Shown piece after piece: positions 25,865-39,700 of a stretch of DNA of 64,000 nucleotides. The DNA is taken from contig NC_043003.1 of NCBI RefSeq assembly GCF_006345805.1, positions 21,514,001-21,578,000 of the forward strand, written 5' to 3'. Position 1 is the stretch's first letter; every line of letters begins with the position of its first letter. The DNA is from Octopus sinensis (lineage: Eukaryota). Under the pieces are notes generated by a model that saw only the letters and a program-made list of their open reading frames with translations, did not search any database and was not told the DNA's origin. Position numbers and translations under genes: made by a program.

Positions 25865-28189
25865 AAATGTATTTGTGTGGAATGGAATCTCGTTTTTGTT
25901 AAAGAATTTTGCAGAAGTCCTGATCACTGGCTTGAAACTACTCCACAAGTATTATGGAAAAATAATTTCAATGAATTTAAAATATTTTTAAAGTTCCATT
26001 AACCTCTCGGCTCTGAAATCCTGCTCACCGATAATCTAAATAATTTTGGTAAAACAATCATTTCTCAACAAAAAAGAAGGAAAAAAAACTCAATCCAATT
26101 ATAAAAATATTTGTTCTAATTTGTCAAATGTACAAGTCTAAATTTTTTTGTTTTGATTAATTTTTGTTCTCTGCTTGATTGTTTTACAAATGTATCAACT
26201 GCTTCCCTACACAAAGTTTGTAATGTTAATCTTATCAAGAACAAAACCATTTATTTAATGTACTGAAACCTCACAGTAGGATCACTGCAGGCTTGTTTTA
26301 TGGGGCCTTCATTTACCTCACCTGGTTGATTCTCTCAGTAAAACTCTCATTTATCCCTGTCTACTAATAAAACATACATTTTTAGACTTCCCTGCAACAT
26401 TAAGATAAAACAAAACTGGTACAAGACATTTCTTCTTTTATATTTCTGGAAATGCTTGACACGATATTGACTTAGGTTACACAAAATTTGCAAAGTGGGA
26501 TAAATATTTTATTACACTTAACAGATTTTTTGTGCCTAGTCTTTGTCAACATTGACTATAGTTAGTGCCCTCAGATTCTTCTATTTCTCAATGGTTTAGT
26601 TTGCTTTGTGATGTAGACCAACAGCCCCCATCCTGTTATTTTGAGCCAGGGATCAGTTTCATTCATGACAATTTTCCCACAGACCAAGGAATCATGTGCA
26701 TAAAAATAAAAACACTGTAAAGCACATAATATATAAGCTATTGCTTATGTAATACATATATATTACATATATAATACACATATAATGCAAAAAGCACTCT
26801 GCAGACTACGATAGTCATTAAACTATAAATAAAATTTAAAAATTTATTTTTATGGCCCCAGTACTGGTCTGCAGCTCAGAGTTTGGGAACTCCTGATGTA
26901 GACTATTGGGAAATTTCATTGTGGGTGGATGTTTTCACATCCCAAGGGATGTGTCATCTGTATCACTTTATCCTTGTAATACCAGAAAGATTCCTCAGTT
27001 TGTGTAGGGTTATTTGGAGTAGAGTTTGAGAGTAGATATGGCAGTTGGAACTGGTTAGTGTGGGGGTCTCTGGGTCATATCTACCATTATGTGTATGATG
27101 TATACAGATATATACGTATATATATATAAATATATATATGCACACATATATAAAATTAATGTTTAATATTTCATCAATCTGAACAATATAAGTTCAGACA
27201 AAGCTATCTCCAGATCTCCTGAATATATCAACACATTATAAGATTATTATATTCAAATGCTTTTATTCACTTTATTCCAGCCAAGCATCTCTTAAAAATG
27301 CATTGCTAAATGTCTTTTGGTTTTAATGTGCTTGAATACTATATATAGGTTGTATTGGTGTTGTGAATGCTAAAGTATAAGCTTATGTAATGATACTCTT
27401 TGCATTCATTGGTATAGATATATACATGTATATAAATTATGTAAATAATAATACTAATAATTAAAAAGGAATTGTATGAGTTCAAAGCTTACAATAAATG
27501 ATATTTCGCTTCTTACCAAATATAGAATATTTAAAGCAAACATAGGGGGAATTTTTTTTTATGTCCCTAGCTTAAGACATTTCATCTTCAAATTTCAACC
27601 TTTTCTTTAGTGTATCTTCATATCATTATCTTTTTGCTGTCTTTAAACCAAAGACGGTAAAGATAGAGAACTAGATTGTTTAAGAGTATAGTCAAACAGT
27701 CATTTTTTCTGGTTCAGAGACAAATTCACTTAGAAATACATCATATATATAATTTTCATTATAGAATATTTTGAAGGGGGAAGAATGAAGTGGAAGATTA
27801 TCTTAGAGTCATGGTTCATTTTCTTTCTCTTAATTAAAATCTGTTCATGGGGATGGAAGTTAGATAATACAGATCTCTTATTATAACAGAATATTTTGTA
27901 TATAAAGAAAGACTCACCTTATATTTTCTTATTTTTCTGTTCTTTTCTTTTTTCTAAATAAAATTTTCAGAAACATATCTGTTTTGGACATTGTAATTTA
28001 AAAAAAATTTTTTTTTTTTTTTAAATTACTGTATATTTTTTAAATATAGCCACCTATGTATCACCCAATGTATACAAGGTGTTTGGGCTAAATTTGACAG
28101 TCTGCATAAAAGGAAAACAAAGCACAATATCCTTTCTAAAAATACAAGTATTTTAAAATCAAAAAATATCAACTAGATTATGGCTGAGA

Positions 28190-29005
28190 GAAGGACATGC
28201 ATAGGCTTGAAAGAAACAAAGCTAGCATGATCCACTGGATGTGTAATGTCAGTGTGCATGCACAACAGAGTGTAAGTGCCCTAAGAGAAATATTGAACAT
28301 AAGAAGCATCGGATGTGGTGTGCAGGAGAGACGTTTGCGTTGGTATGGTCATGTACTACGGATGGATGAGGAGAGATGTATGAAGAAGTGCCACTCCCAA
28401 ACAGTTGAAGGAATCCAGGGTAGAGGTAGACCCAGGAAGATATGGGATGAGGTGGTCAAGTATGACCTTCGAACGTTGGGCCTCACAGAGGCAATGAGGA
28501 AAGACCGAGACCTCTGGAGTTATGTTGTGACTGTGAAGACCTGACAAATGAAGTGAGTTCATGGCTCGCAGGACGGCCTGCTGTGCTTACTTTGGATCGT
28601 AGGGCAACTTGCTGTGCTTGAGGAGACTTATTGAGTCAAGTACATCAAGTTCAAAATAAAAATCAAATGGAAATTGCAGTTGTGATACCCGTGCCAGTGA
28701 CATGTAAAAAGCACCATCAGAATGTGGCCGATGCCAACGCTGCCTTGTCTGGCGCCCATGCTGGTGGCACATAAAAAGCAACAACTGATCGTGGCTGTTG
28801 CCAGCCTCCTATGGCCCCTGTGCTGGTGGCACGTAAAAAGCACCCACTACACTCACGGAGTGATTGGCATTAGGAAGGGCATCCAGCTGTCATAACACTG
28901 CCAGATCAGACTGGAGCCTGGTGCAGCCTCCTGGCTTCCCAGACCCCGGTCAAACCGTCCAACCCATACTAGCATGGAAAACGGATGTTAAAAGATGATG
29001 ATGAT
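28190..29005 (+). mobile_element. RTE LINE 3' end (ORF C-terminus, 3' UTR and (TGA)n tail)
   Basis: RRLRWYGHVLRMDEER...GRGRPRKIWDEVVK..DRDLW is the typical RTE C-terminus. The same 3' UTR (aggaagggcatccagc...ccaacccatgc.agcatggaaa...tgatgatgat) recurs near 6810, 19540, 20340, 30295, 41600, 52440, 60180 and 61790. Confidence 0.9.
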
Positions 29006-31022
29006 ATCTTAAATATTATTTAAAAAAATTAACAGGTTTAACACAACTGAAAGGAAAATAGGAGAGAAAGTATGATGATTCTAGACAAAACCACAAGATA
29101 TTAAAGTATGATGAGAGGAGCAGATATACAGTTGTGAGAATGTTGTAGGGGAGAGAGTAACAATAGACATTGTTGAAGAGATAGTGTAAAGGAGAGAAGA
29201 AGGGATGAGTGAGAAAGGGAAGGACTGGGTGGTAAGATGATGAGGTAAGTCATGTAGATGAGATCTAGTATTGTCCCTTATAAAGAGCTGTATTAAAAGA
29301 TGCCCAAGGTATGGTGTGTGGCTTAGTGGTTAGGGTGTCAGCATCATGATCGTAAGATTGTAGTTTCGATTCCTGGACCGAGTGACACATTGTGTTCTTG
29401 AGCAAAACACTTCATTTCATGCTGCTCCAAAAATGAGTAACGCTGTGATGGACTGGCGTCCCGTCCAACTGGGAAACACATACACCATAGAAACCAGGAA
29501 ACCAGGCCCAAGAACCTGGCTAGGCTTTAAAAGGGCACATTTATTTTATTTAAGGTATTGTGTAGCAGAACTGAACCTGGAATCATATGGTTAGGAAGCA
29601 AGCATCTTAATGACACAGCCATGCTTGCACCTGTGTGTATGTGACTAATGCTACTTTTGTATGGCTCATCTGAAAGATATATATTATTTTCTTGCAGATA
29701 AATATTGATTACACAACCCATTATAGTAATTCGTTCAATACTGTTATATTTTCACTGATGTCAGTGTGCTTTGTTGTTGTTTAGCCCTAGGTCAGTTCTG
29801 ACTAAGCTGACCTATGATCTGAGGTATTCCAACTATGACTCAATACAGTGTTCAAGCTTGAACTTCATAGGCTTTGAATTGAAATTTTAAATCACTCTCT
29901 CAGCACACTATGTTTAAGCACATTGAAACAGCAAATGGACTGATTCATTGGTTTTGTAAATGAACCAAACCAATGAAACATCTTTAGCTTGACTGCAGTT
30001 GATGTTTCAGAATAATTATATAAAAAAAAAATCAAATATACATAATTAGGTCTTTTATGAGACTATCAGCTAATTAGGCTGGAGCTTATTTTGATTTATA
30101 TGGTATTTCAGACGTAGACATGGCTGTGTAGTAAGAAGCTTGCTACCCAATCACTTGGTTCCAGGTTCAATCCCACTGCATGGCACATTGTGCAAGTGTC
30201 TTCTGCTATGAGCTTGGGCCAACTAAAGCTTCGAGAGTGGATTTGGTGAATGGAAACTGAAAGAAGCCTGTTTATATATATCTATATATATATGTGGCCG
30301 TTGCCAGCGCCGCCCCGACGGGCCTCCGTGCCAGTGGCACGTAAAAAGCACCATCCGACCATGGCCGTTTGCCAGCCCCGTCTGGCACGTAAAAAGCACT
30401 CAGAGTGGTTGGCGTTAGGAAGGGCATCCAGCCATAGAAACATTGCCAGATCAGACTGGGCCTGGTGCAGCCTTCTGGCTTCCCAGACCCCAGTTGAACC
30501 GTCCAACCCATGCTAGCATGGAAAGCGGACGCTAAATGATGATGATGATATGTGTCTTGGTGTCTATGTTTGTCCACATTACTGCTTGACAACTGGTGTT
30601 GGTGCATTTACATCCCTGTGACTTAGCAGTTCAGCAAGAAAGACCAATTGAATAAGTACCAGGCTTAACAAAAATAAGTACTGGGGCTGATTCATTTGGC
30701 TGCAGTCTAATGACTGAAACAAGTAAAAGATAAAATATATTAACAACCCAAAGAGTACCATATTCCCTGCCTCCCCTGAACAGAACACCAATCCATTGAG
30801 AATGTAGAATGCCCTGATTCCTTGAATTGGATGTGAGTTCATTGCAAGGTTAACCTCCGTTTGCTGCTAGGTATGATTTTCAGCTGAGTGTACTGGAGCA
30901 GTAAGAAGTGTCTTGATCAAGGAAGCACTATGCCTTCGGAACTAGGAATGGAACTCACAATATTATGACTATGAACCATGCACCACCAAACTAAATAAAC
31001 TATGAGTTAAATGTTTGTCATC

Positions 31023-31224
31023 TGAGGGGGTGCTGAAAAGTTCTTGACACTAAGGGTATTGCGAAAGGTCTGGTTGGAAGCTCAACCTTCCGAGCAGAAA
31101 GGCTGAAGGACCACTGCAATAAGTGTGAATCTGAGAGGGGAATATTTTGAATAAAATCATAATTGACTGATCTTCCTGTATTTTCTTTTACCCAGAGCCT
31201 GGAATTTTTCAGCCACTGCTCATA
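31023..31224. mobile_element. Mariner-type MITE; second copy in opposite orientation at ~55722-55940
   Basis: Termini tgagggggtgctgaaaagtt / aatttttcagc..ctcata; shared internal sequence with the 55722-55940 copy. Confidence 0.7.
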
Positions 31225-32172
31225 CTGTAATTCCGACAGTTGACATTTTCCCCAATGAAGCCAAAGGCAGACATTCCAATTAATTTTATACATTATATTT
31301 CTACTATTTATTGTCTAATGACAAAATTTCAAACAAGTTTGTGGGATAGATCAAATCAAACTCCCATCAAAGGAGAAATTCTAAAAAAGAAATGGGGCTA
31401 TAGTAGAAGACACTTGCCGAATGTGCCACACAGTGGGAATGAGCCTGGAACCATGTGGTTGGTAAGTAAAGTACTTACCACACAGCCACTCCTGTGTGTG
31501 TGAAAATTAATTCAAGTTAAAGACACAAATCAAGATCACAGTTTAATGCACAATTTCCTCTGGCAAATTATCAAAATCATTATAATAGTTATTTGTGAAA
31601 GTAATGCTTATATAACTGTAGAAGTGGAGGAAGGTGGAAGAGTATGATGTATATTAGGAAAGGGCAAATGGGAAAGAAGATGAAGATTGGCGAAGTTAAC
31701 TACGTCTTCAGTTTAAACAGCTAAGAATATAAAAGGATGATTGCAGATGAAATATAAAATAGCATAAAGTAAGATGAAATAAAATGAAGTGTATGAGAAT
31801 CTATCTTCATCATTTAATGTCCACTTTTCTATGTTGCATGGGTCAGACAGAATTGGTTGAGGCAGATTTTCTATGACTGGATGCATTTATTGTTGCCAAA
31901 CCTCACCTGTTCCCAATTAAGATAATATTTCTTGTGACCAGTCATGGTCACAAGGAAGACTGGAAGCAAACATTGCTGGTCTACAACTATCATGTGATGT
32001 CAAGACAAGGGAGCAGCTTGAAATGAAGTGTTTTGCTCAAGAATGCAACACACCATCCAGTCTGGGAATCAAATTCACGATCACTAACTACTAGACCATG
32101 TACCTTCACATGTATGTATATATGTATATACATATATATATATATACATATATATATACGTATATATAGGTG

Positions 32173-32678
32173 CACTCCATCGGTTGCGATGACGAGGGTC
32201 CCAGCTGATATGATCAATGGAACAGCTTGCTCGTGAAATTAACATGCAAGTGGCTGAGCACTCCACAAACATGTGCACCCTTAATGTAGTTTTCAGGGAG
32301 ATTCAGCATGACACAGAGTGTGATGAAGTTGGCCCTTTGAAATACAGGTACTACTCATTTTTGCCAGCTAAGTGGACTGGAGCAATGTGAAATAAAGTGT
32401 CTTGCTCAAGGACACAATGCGCTGCCAGGAATCGAACTCATGACCTTACTATCATGAGCCGAATGCCCCTAACCACTAAGCCATACGCCTTCACATATAT
32501 TACCTGTATTTCAAAGGGCCAACTTCGTCACACTCTGTGTCATGCTGAATCTCCCTGAAAACTACATTAAGGGTGCACATGTTTGTGGAGTGCTCAGCCA
32601 CTTGCATGTTAATTTCACGAGCAAGCTGTTCCGTTGATCGTATCAGCTGGGATCCTCGTCGTCGCAACCGATGGAGTG
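32173..32678. repeat. Inverted repeat: 178-bp arms (32173-32350 / 32501-32678), 150-nt spacer
   Basis: Hand alignment: 173/178 complementary, no indels. Confidence 0.97.
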
Positions 32679-35111
32679 GTCCTCATACATACATATATAA
32701 ATATATATATATACAAATACACACACACATACATTTATATATATTCACACACACATATATGTAGGTGTGTTTGAGTGAACCAAAGCCTTGTGAGTGGATT
32801 TGGTAGATGGAAACTGAAAGAAGCCCATCATATGTATGTGTGTGTGTGTGTGTCTGTGTTTGTCCCCCAACATCGCCTGACAACCGATGGTGGTGTGTTT
32901 ATGTCCATGTAACTTTGTGGTTCAGCAAAAGAGACCAATAGAATAAGTACTAGGCTTACAAAGAATAAGTCCTGGGGTCGATTTGCTCGACCAAAACACA
33001 GTGCTCCAGCATGGCTGCAGTCAAATGACTGAAACAAGTAAATGAGAGATGAAATTATACCCGTAATTAAAATATCAGGATTTGCCATATTGTACTTATT
33101 TTGCCGGAGAATTGCATTAAATGAAGACGTCTTTGGAATACTCAGACATTTGCATGTTAATTTCATTAGCAGAAATTCAGTTGGTTGAAGAACTAAATAT
33201 TCTTCACTGAGATCAATGGCGACGTCATCCCAGGATTGTCTTAAGGCATGGCACACTGGGCACTGACCCAGGGGCCTCACACATCTAGAGGCCCTATTCT
33301 GATCTATATATTCTGTGGCTTGCTTTCAATAAATAAATATAATAGAGCCCGGTGCATTGATTTGCCTGGGGGTTACAAAGCTGCTAAAGCAGCCCTGCTT
33401 CATCTATTGAAGAATAAGACATTTGCTGACAATTAGAGATGTGGTAAATCTAATTTAAAGAACTATAACAAACCAATGTGGTAGCTACATGGCTAAATCT
33501 TGAAACCACAAAACACTGTAAAACAAGTACTTTGTTTTACAAAAAGAGCATTTTGCCCTTCCTGAGTGAAGCACATAAACCCTAATCTAATTGAACATAG
33601 TCTTGATGTTCTGGCAGACAATAAGAAATAAAAACCCCTCTGGTTTTACTCTACAATCTTGAAATCTAATTATGTCAACAGTAAGGAAATGAAGGGAATT
33701 CATTTATTAGTAGTGTGTCATAAGGGAATTCAAAGATCTTAGTCTTTATCAACATGAGAAGCTAATAGTAAATAAAACTAGAATAGCTATATGGATTATA
33801 TGTTGTTGTTTAACCCAGGTCAACTCAGATCTAGTGGGCATAAAATCAAGACCAGCTTATCTTTTACAGGATATATCAAGTTTCTTCCTTATTCAAGATA
33901 GTAAGGTATGATTCAAGGGAGATTTGGCTTCTATATCTAACAGTTCATGCAACAGTGTAGAGGCTCTCTCAATCACAGTAAAATTTTGGTAAGATGAATA
34001 GACTGTCTGGTACTCCACAATTCTCTCTTCCCACAGCATATAAAATTCACTAAAACATGAGGAGGAGGAGGAGGAGGATGATGATGATGATGAGTTATGT
34101 TTAAAAAAACAATATATGCAATAATTTTATGTATTTTTTTATTCTCAAACAATTAAAAAAAACTTTTTATATGAAATACGCAAGTAAATTTTTATATTTA
34201 TTTCTTCAATACATCATGAAATAAAAAAAAAAAGAAGGCTACACCTCGAGCCACTACGCTATGGGTATGATTTTGAGAGGGATCTAACTGCTATCTTTAG
34301 CAGGCCTGGTCGAGCGACCACGTAGAGGCTCGTTCGTGGCTTTCGAAATGCTACAGGTATTATTACATAATGGTGCCACCAAGTTGTCCCAGCAGCGAAT
34401 TGTTATCATGGCAGTATTGGTGAAGAGTAGTTAAATGGTGTCAGAGTCAGCTTGCTGCTGAAGAATTTCACATCGCCGTCGCTGTCATCATTACCATCGT
34501 TATTGGCATCATCATCTTCAGCAGCAATTATTCCACCACAAAGTTGGTGTTGTTTAGTCCTATATTAAACCTGATAAAGTATACTCAGAACGAAAGGTTT
34601 ATCCAGCCGTGACCATCTCGTCTTTTGTATGTTGTCTGTGTGTATGTGTAAATATAGGACTACATTGATTATCACAATGTTCCTTTTTCTTCAGATAATA
34701 GTGGGTAATTTGACTGTTATTTCTAGTAATTCAATAATTGCGTAGAAATGAAGAATAGCTCTTTGCAGGAGTTTGTACAGTTTTAGAAGAGTATGTGTTC
34801 TGTGTGTGTGTGTATTTGATTAGAAATATATCAAATTACAATACCATATGAGCTCGTTTTGTTGTTGTTTTTTTACTGCATTATTCATGTAGGCGTAGGA
34901 GTGGCTGTGTGGTAAGTAGCTTGCTTACGAACCACATGGTTCCGGGTTCAGTCCCACTGCGTGGCACCTTGGGTAAGTGTCTTCTACTGTAGCCTCGGGC
35001 TGACCAAAGCCTTGTGAGTGGATTTGGTAGACGGAAACTGAAAGAAGCCCGTCGTATATATGTATATATATATATATACTGTCTATATCTCGTTTAGGGA
35101 ATTATTATTGC

Positions 35112-35146
<35 letters not shown>

Positions 35147-35849
35147 GCGTGTTTGTGTATCTGTATTTGTCCTTCCAACATCGCTTGGCAACCGATGCTG
35201 GTGTGTTTACGTCCCCGTAACTTAGCGGTTCGGCAAAAAAGAGACCGATAAAATAAGTACTAGGCTTACAAAGAATATGTCCTGGGGTCGATTTGATCGA
35301 CTAAAGGCGGTGCTCCAGCATGGCCACAGTCACATGACTGAAACAAGTAAAAGAGTATGTATGTTTATAAACACACATGCATCTATGTGTGCGTTCATTT
35401 CCAAATGCGCTCCTGGTAAAGATCGTCCTTATAAATTATAGGTTTCATAAACAAGAGAACCTCGTCTGGTCTCACAAGATAAATCTCAAGAGAAGTTTTA
35501 ACTTATTTGACATAGTTATACCTCAACCAAAAGCCCAATTTCTTCCCCACTACGAAGCCGAAAGTGACAAATTTATGTACAAGGCCAGCAATTTTGAGGA
35601 GATACTATCGAGCCCTGTACTTGTCTGGCGCTTTATATTATCGACTCTGAAAGAATAAAAGTCTGAGTTGACCTCGGCGGGATTTGAACTTAGCACGTAA
35701 AGAGCCGGAACAAATAGCACGAGGCACTTTTCCCTCGATGCTCTAACGATTCTGCTAACTTGCCAATATTTACGTGAAGATGTTTACATAACCCTGCACC
35801 CTCTCCACTCGAATTACAATTAGCGAAGGACCGTAAATTAGTAAAAAGG

Positions 35850-36222
35850 AAGGGAGGGACGTTGGCATTGTTTTTGTCGAATATAATAGAATATAATAGA
35901 ACAGCTGGAGTGGAGTGAAACAGGTAAGAGAATGAGTCAAGGCTAAACGTGTAGAACGGAGTTGAATAGAAGACAGATAGCTTATAGGTTAGCAATTATT
36001 GGTCTGTCACGTGTGAGGAACGGGCAGAGACAGAGCAAGGGAATGCGTGTATGATGGAGAGACGTGAACAGCAAGCATTGTATATACATAACTAAACACG
36101 CACATACACACACGAAAAGTAATCAAAGCAAGCGAACCCAAACTCTCGGCACTTTCCACCGACCTTGACAGTCGCCTCTTTTACTTGAATGTCCTTGACA
36201 AAACAAAACTGAACCAGCCATT
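35850..36222 (+). promoter_or_regulatory. Putative PHKA promoter / 5' UTR
   Basis: CpG-richer unique sequence directly upstream of the ATG; E-box TCACGTG near 36007. Confidence 0.45.
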
Positions 36223-36300
36223 ATGAGAATTCGCAGTAATTCCGGAGTCCGTTTGGACTATTATTCGAGGTTGGTTAGCAAAACCATCCTCGCAAATCAG
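36223..36300 (+). CDS. PHKA: Phosphorylase b kinase regulatory subunit alpha, exon 1 (78 nt)
   Basis: MRIRSNSGVRLDYYSRLVSKTILANQ|gtaagg; PHKA1/2 begin MRSRSNSGVRLD. Invertebrate co-ortholog of PHKA1/PHKA2. Confidence 0.95.
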
Positions 36301-36551
36301 GTAAGGAAAATATATTTCTTTCGAGCTATTCCCTTTTGGGGGGTAAGGTTCTTTAAAGGATGGAGGAACATTCTTATCTTACTCGTTTCAATCTCGTCTC
36401 ATTTTAGTAAAACAGGTGCTTGATTTTCTTTTAAGTTCTCTCTGTGTTTACTTCACACACACACACACATACACACACACATAAATAGATACATAGATAG
36501 AAGCATGGAACTCAAATTGCGAGATAAACATTGTTTCATTAAGCTACACAA

Positions 36552-36585
<34 letters not shown>

Positions 36586-36658
36586 TCTCAGCATGTCTAC
36601 GTCCACTACTTTTTCCTGTTTTTCCGTATGTCCCTCTCGTCTCCCTGTGTCACATTCT

Positions 36659-36706
<48 letters not shown>

Positions 36707-39700
36707 GGGTTTGTATGATTGTGTATAGAGAGAGATATATTCAAAGAAATTCCAACTCTGTCTGTTTTTTTATGTTTTATTTATATTCTTTATAATATTA
36801 ATGTAGAATATATAGTATAAATAAAATGTATAGTAAAATGAAATGAAGTATTGTCTTATTGAATAGATGAAATATTGACTATAAAATATTAAGGGACTAG
36901 TATACTTTCTTGCATTAAAGCAGTCTTCAAGGTCCCAGTTTGTGACAGAAGATTATTAGATAGATAGATAGCTACACACACACTTTCGCGTCAGTCTATC
37001 GTGTATTGTATGTAATATCAACGAACGTTGTATCGAAGTATTTATTTCACATATTCAGTATCTGTTGTCTTTTAGAAATTACCATTTAAAGTATCAACAT
37101 ATAAACATTCATACATCCACAATTTATGTGTATGTCACCCCTTCGTGTATGAAATATATAAACTTAGAACAGAAAATGAAAAATTAATATGTATTTAAAA
37201 AGCTTCCTCCAACGTTGTGATATAGTTAGTGCACATGTACCTTGTAATTGTTTATATTTACGTCAACTCGCTGTTAACAAATGCTTAAAGCACAAGGAAA
37301 TTACCGAATTGGGATAGTGTTTGTTAGATCATATTACATTAATGTTTTTAGTACTTTGAGTTCAAATGCAGCTGGGGTTGACTTTACTTTCATCAGCTCT
37401 TGTGTCAATATGCAGTTGATAATAGCATACTTCTGTCATTCAATAATTGGCATTGTGTCAAAGAAAGGATAATTTCTTTTATCATTTTCATTAGGTAATC
37501 ACAAGGATTCATTATTTTGCAGAAGAAAGCATTATTATACAACAGCTTGGTTATGAGTTTCTTTAATTGTTTTCCCCACCCCTTTGACTATCTTTTTAAT
37601 ATATTTCTAGTTATTAAGTCGTTACGGAAAGAAATACAGGCACGATTCGGATTAACCTATTTCGATTAACTTAATTATTATTAGACTTACAAGAGCACGA
37701 ACTAACATAAACTGAAAAAAAGCATTTACACAGTCGTTGACATGCTTGAAATTGTAGCTAAATCTCTCTCAAATTGCACTCAACTCATCTTTAAAAAAAT
37801 GGGACTTGTTGAATAATATAGTTCTTGATGCATCATACCAGAAAAAAATTGAGATGGTCATGCCTGGAATGTCTTTAATTATAAGATTTAATTGATTAGA
37901 ACCAGGTCTAGAGACAGCTCTGCGAGGGTTTGATAATTTTTAGAGGGAACTCAATATTTTAATGATCGTCATGTTTTAATATAGTATAAATAAATAAATA
38001 TAGATATTTATTTATACTTCGTCGGGAGAGGGAACTGCACTTTTCAGGTGTGTCTGACCGATTTCTGAGTACCTACTTCTTGTCTGCAGCTATAATCAGA
38101 ACCAATTTGGAGCTAAATCACAACGACTAAAATTAAAATTTCTTTTTCATAACAATAATGATTTGTCATTTGAAGTAAGGCCATCAATTTAAGGTGGTGA
38201 TTTATTTCTTCTTATTGATCCGGGGGGTCAATAAGAACTAATAATGCTGGGCGCTATTCGATATTGCCGTCCACTAAAGACTTCTAATAATAAATATTTC
38301 TTAATAGATTATTTTTTGGTATTATTATTATTATAGTTGGTATTCAACAATAATCACTACGGTAACTAAGGTACTTACCATTTTTGGCTAATTGCTAGTG
38401 AAAAGACTAGAAACGTTATTGCTAGATGTCAGAAATTTTAATTATTCATTGCTGTATGAATATTGTTTAGCTTATTGATAATAGATAATTACAGAAACAA
38501 GAATTAGTGACACCGAACTACAAATGAATAATTTTGACTAAAAAAAAAATATAATGGTGGTTGGTTAACCCTCCTAAACCCGTTGGCAGTTCTTATCAGT
38601 TGTTACAGGTACAGCATAACTTAGATACTTATCTTCTTCATTAGAAGATACTGCCTTACAACAACCCTCCTCTCTATTGCTCAGTCAATCATCGATAAGA
38701 AAAGGTAATTTATATTAACATTATAAAAATGCTGCAGAATGCAACTAGTATCAAATTTTTCTCAAATCACTCCTCAGTCCCAGCGGAGGACGACTTGAGG
38801 GATCTTCTACATGGTCATTCTATATGCTAGAATCGACAGCCAAATCTCCTCCCAGTCCCTTCTTTACCATTCCGGCAAAAAGACGACCAAATTGAATAAT
38901 ATAGACACAGATGAATAAAATGGGGATGATTACAGTTGGAACTCTTCGATCATGGGTCGTCTGATCGATCAAGGCTGATCTGAGACGAAACGACAACGGC
39001 CCTCTGTAACTGACAGGTTGAAGATAATGTAGCAGGACGGAAGTTCAATCCAGGCTGAAGACCTTGTCCAAGTGCTCCGCTAAAAGCACTTGACTGGCAC
39101 ATTCGAAGGTGTAGTCCTCGATATACTATATCTAAAAAGGACAAAAGACGAGGTTGTCACGATTAATACCTCCTTGTTCTCCAGTCTGCTCGACTGGGCC
39201 AGCATAAGTTGTTGTGCTTTTGTTTTTCACTTAAGTTACTTCAAAGTGTACTCCCATCCGATTTTATTTCTCTTACCTTTCTTTGAAAGCCATATTTTGT
39301 TATGAAATTTTCCAGAAATGCATTTTAGATAATGTAGATTACGGATATATTAGGAAAAGTTATATGTATATATACATATATTTGGAGGAGGAGTTTCGGA
39401 TAACTTGGGTACGCTTCTGTAGTTATGCCCGTGTTTCCGGGTTGATAAAATAAATTTCCAATGAGGTATCAGGGTAGATTTATATTTCTACATTGCATCA
39501 TAGATATGAATGGAATTTAAGTGTAACAATTAAATTACATTGAAAACATTGAGTCCGAAGGATCCAGAAATAAAATTTCTATTTTCGAAGTTGATATTTA
39601 GCCTTGCTCAGTCTTGCTCAAGCAGAACGATTATCAGAGTTGTTCAACCCTTATCAATTTTGTCTTGTTGTATATTAAAGATTACATTAGTCAATGTATT

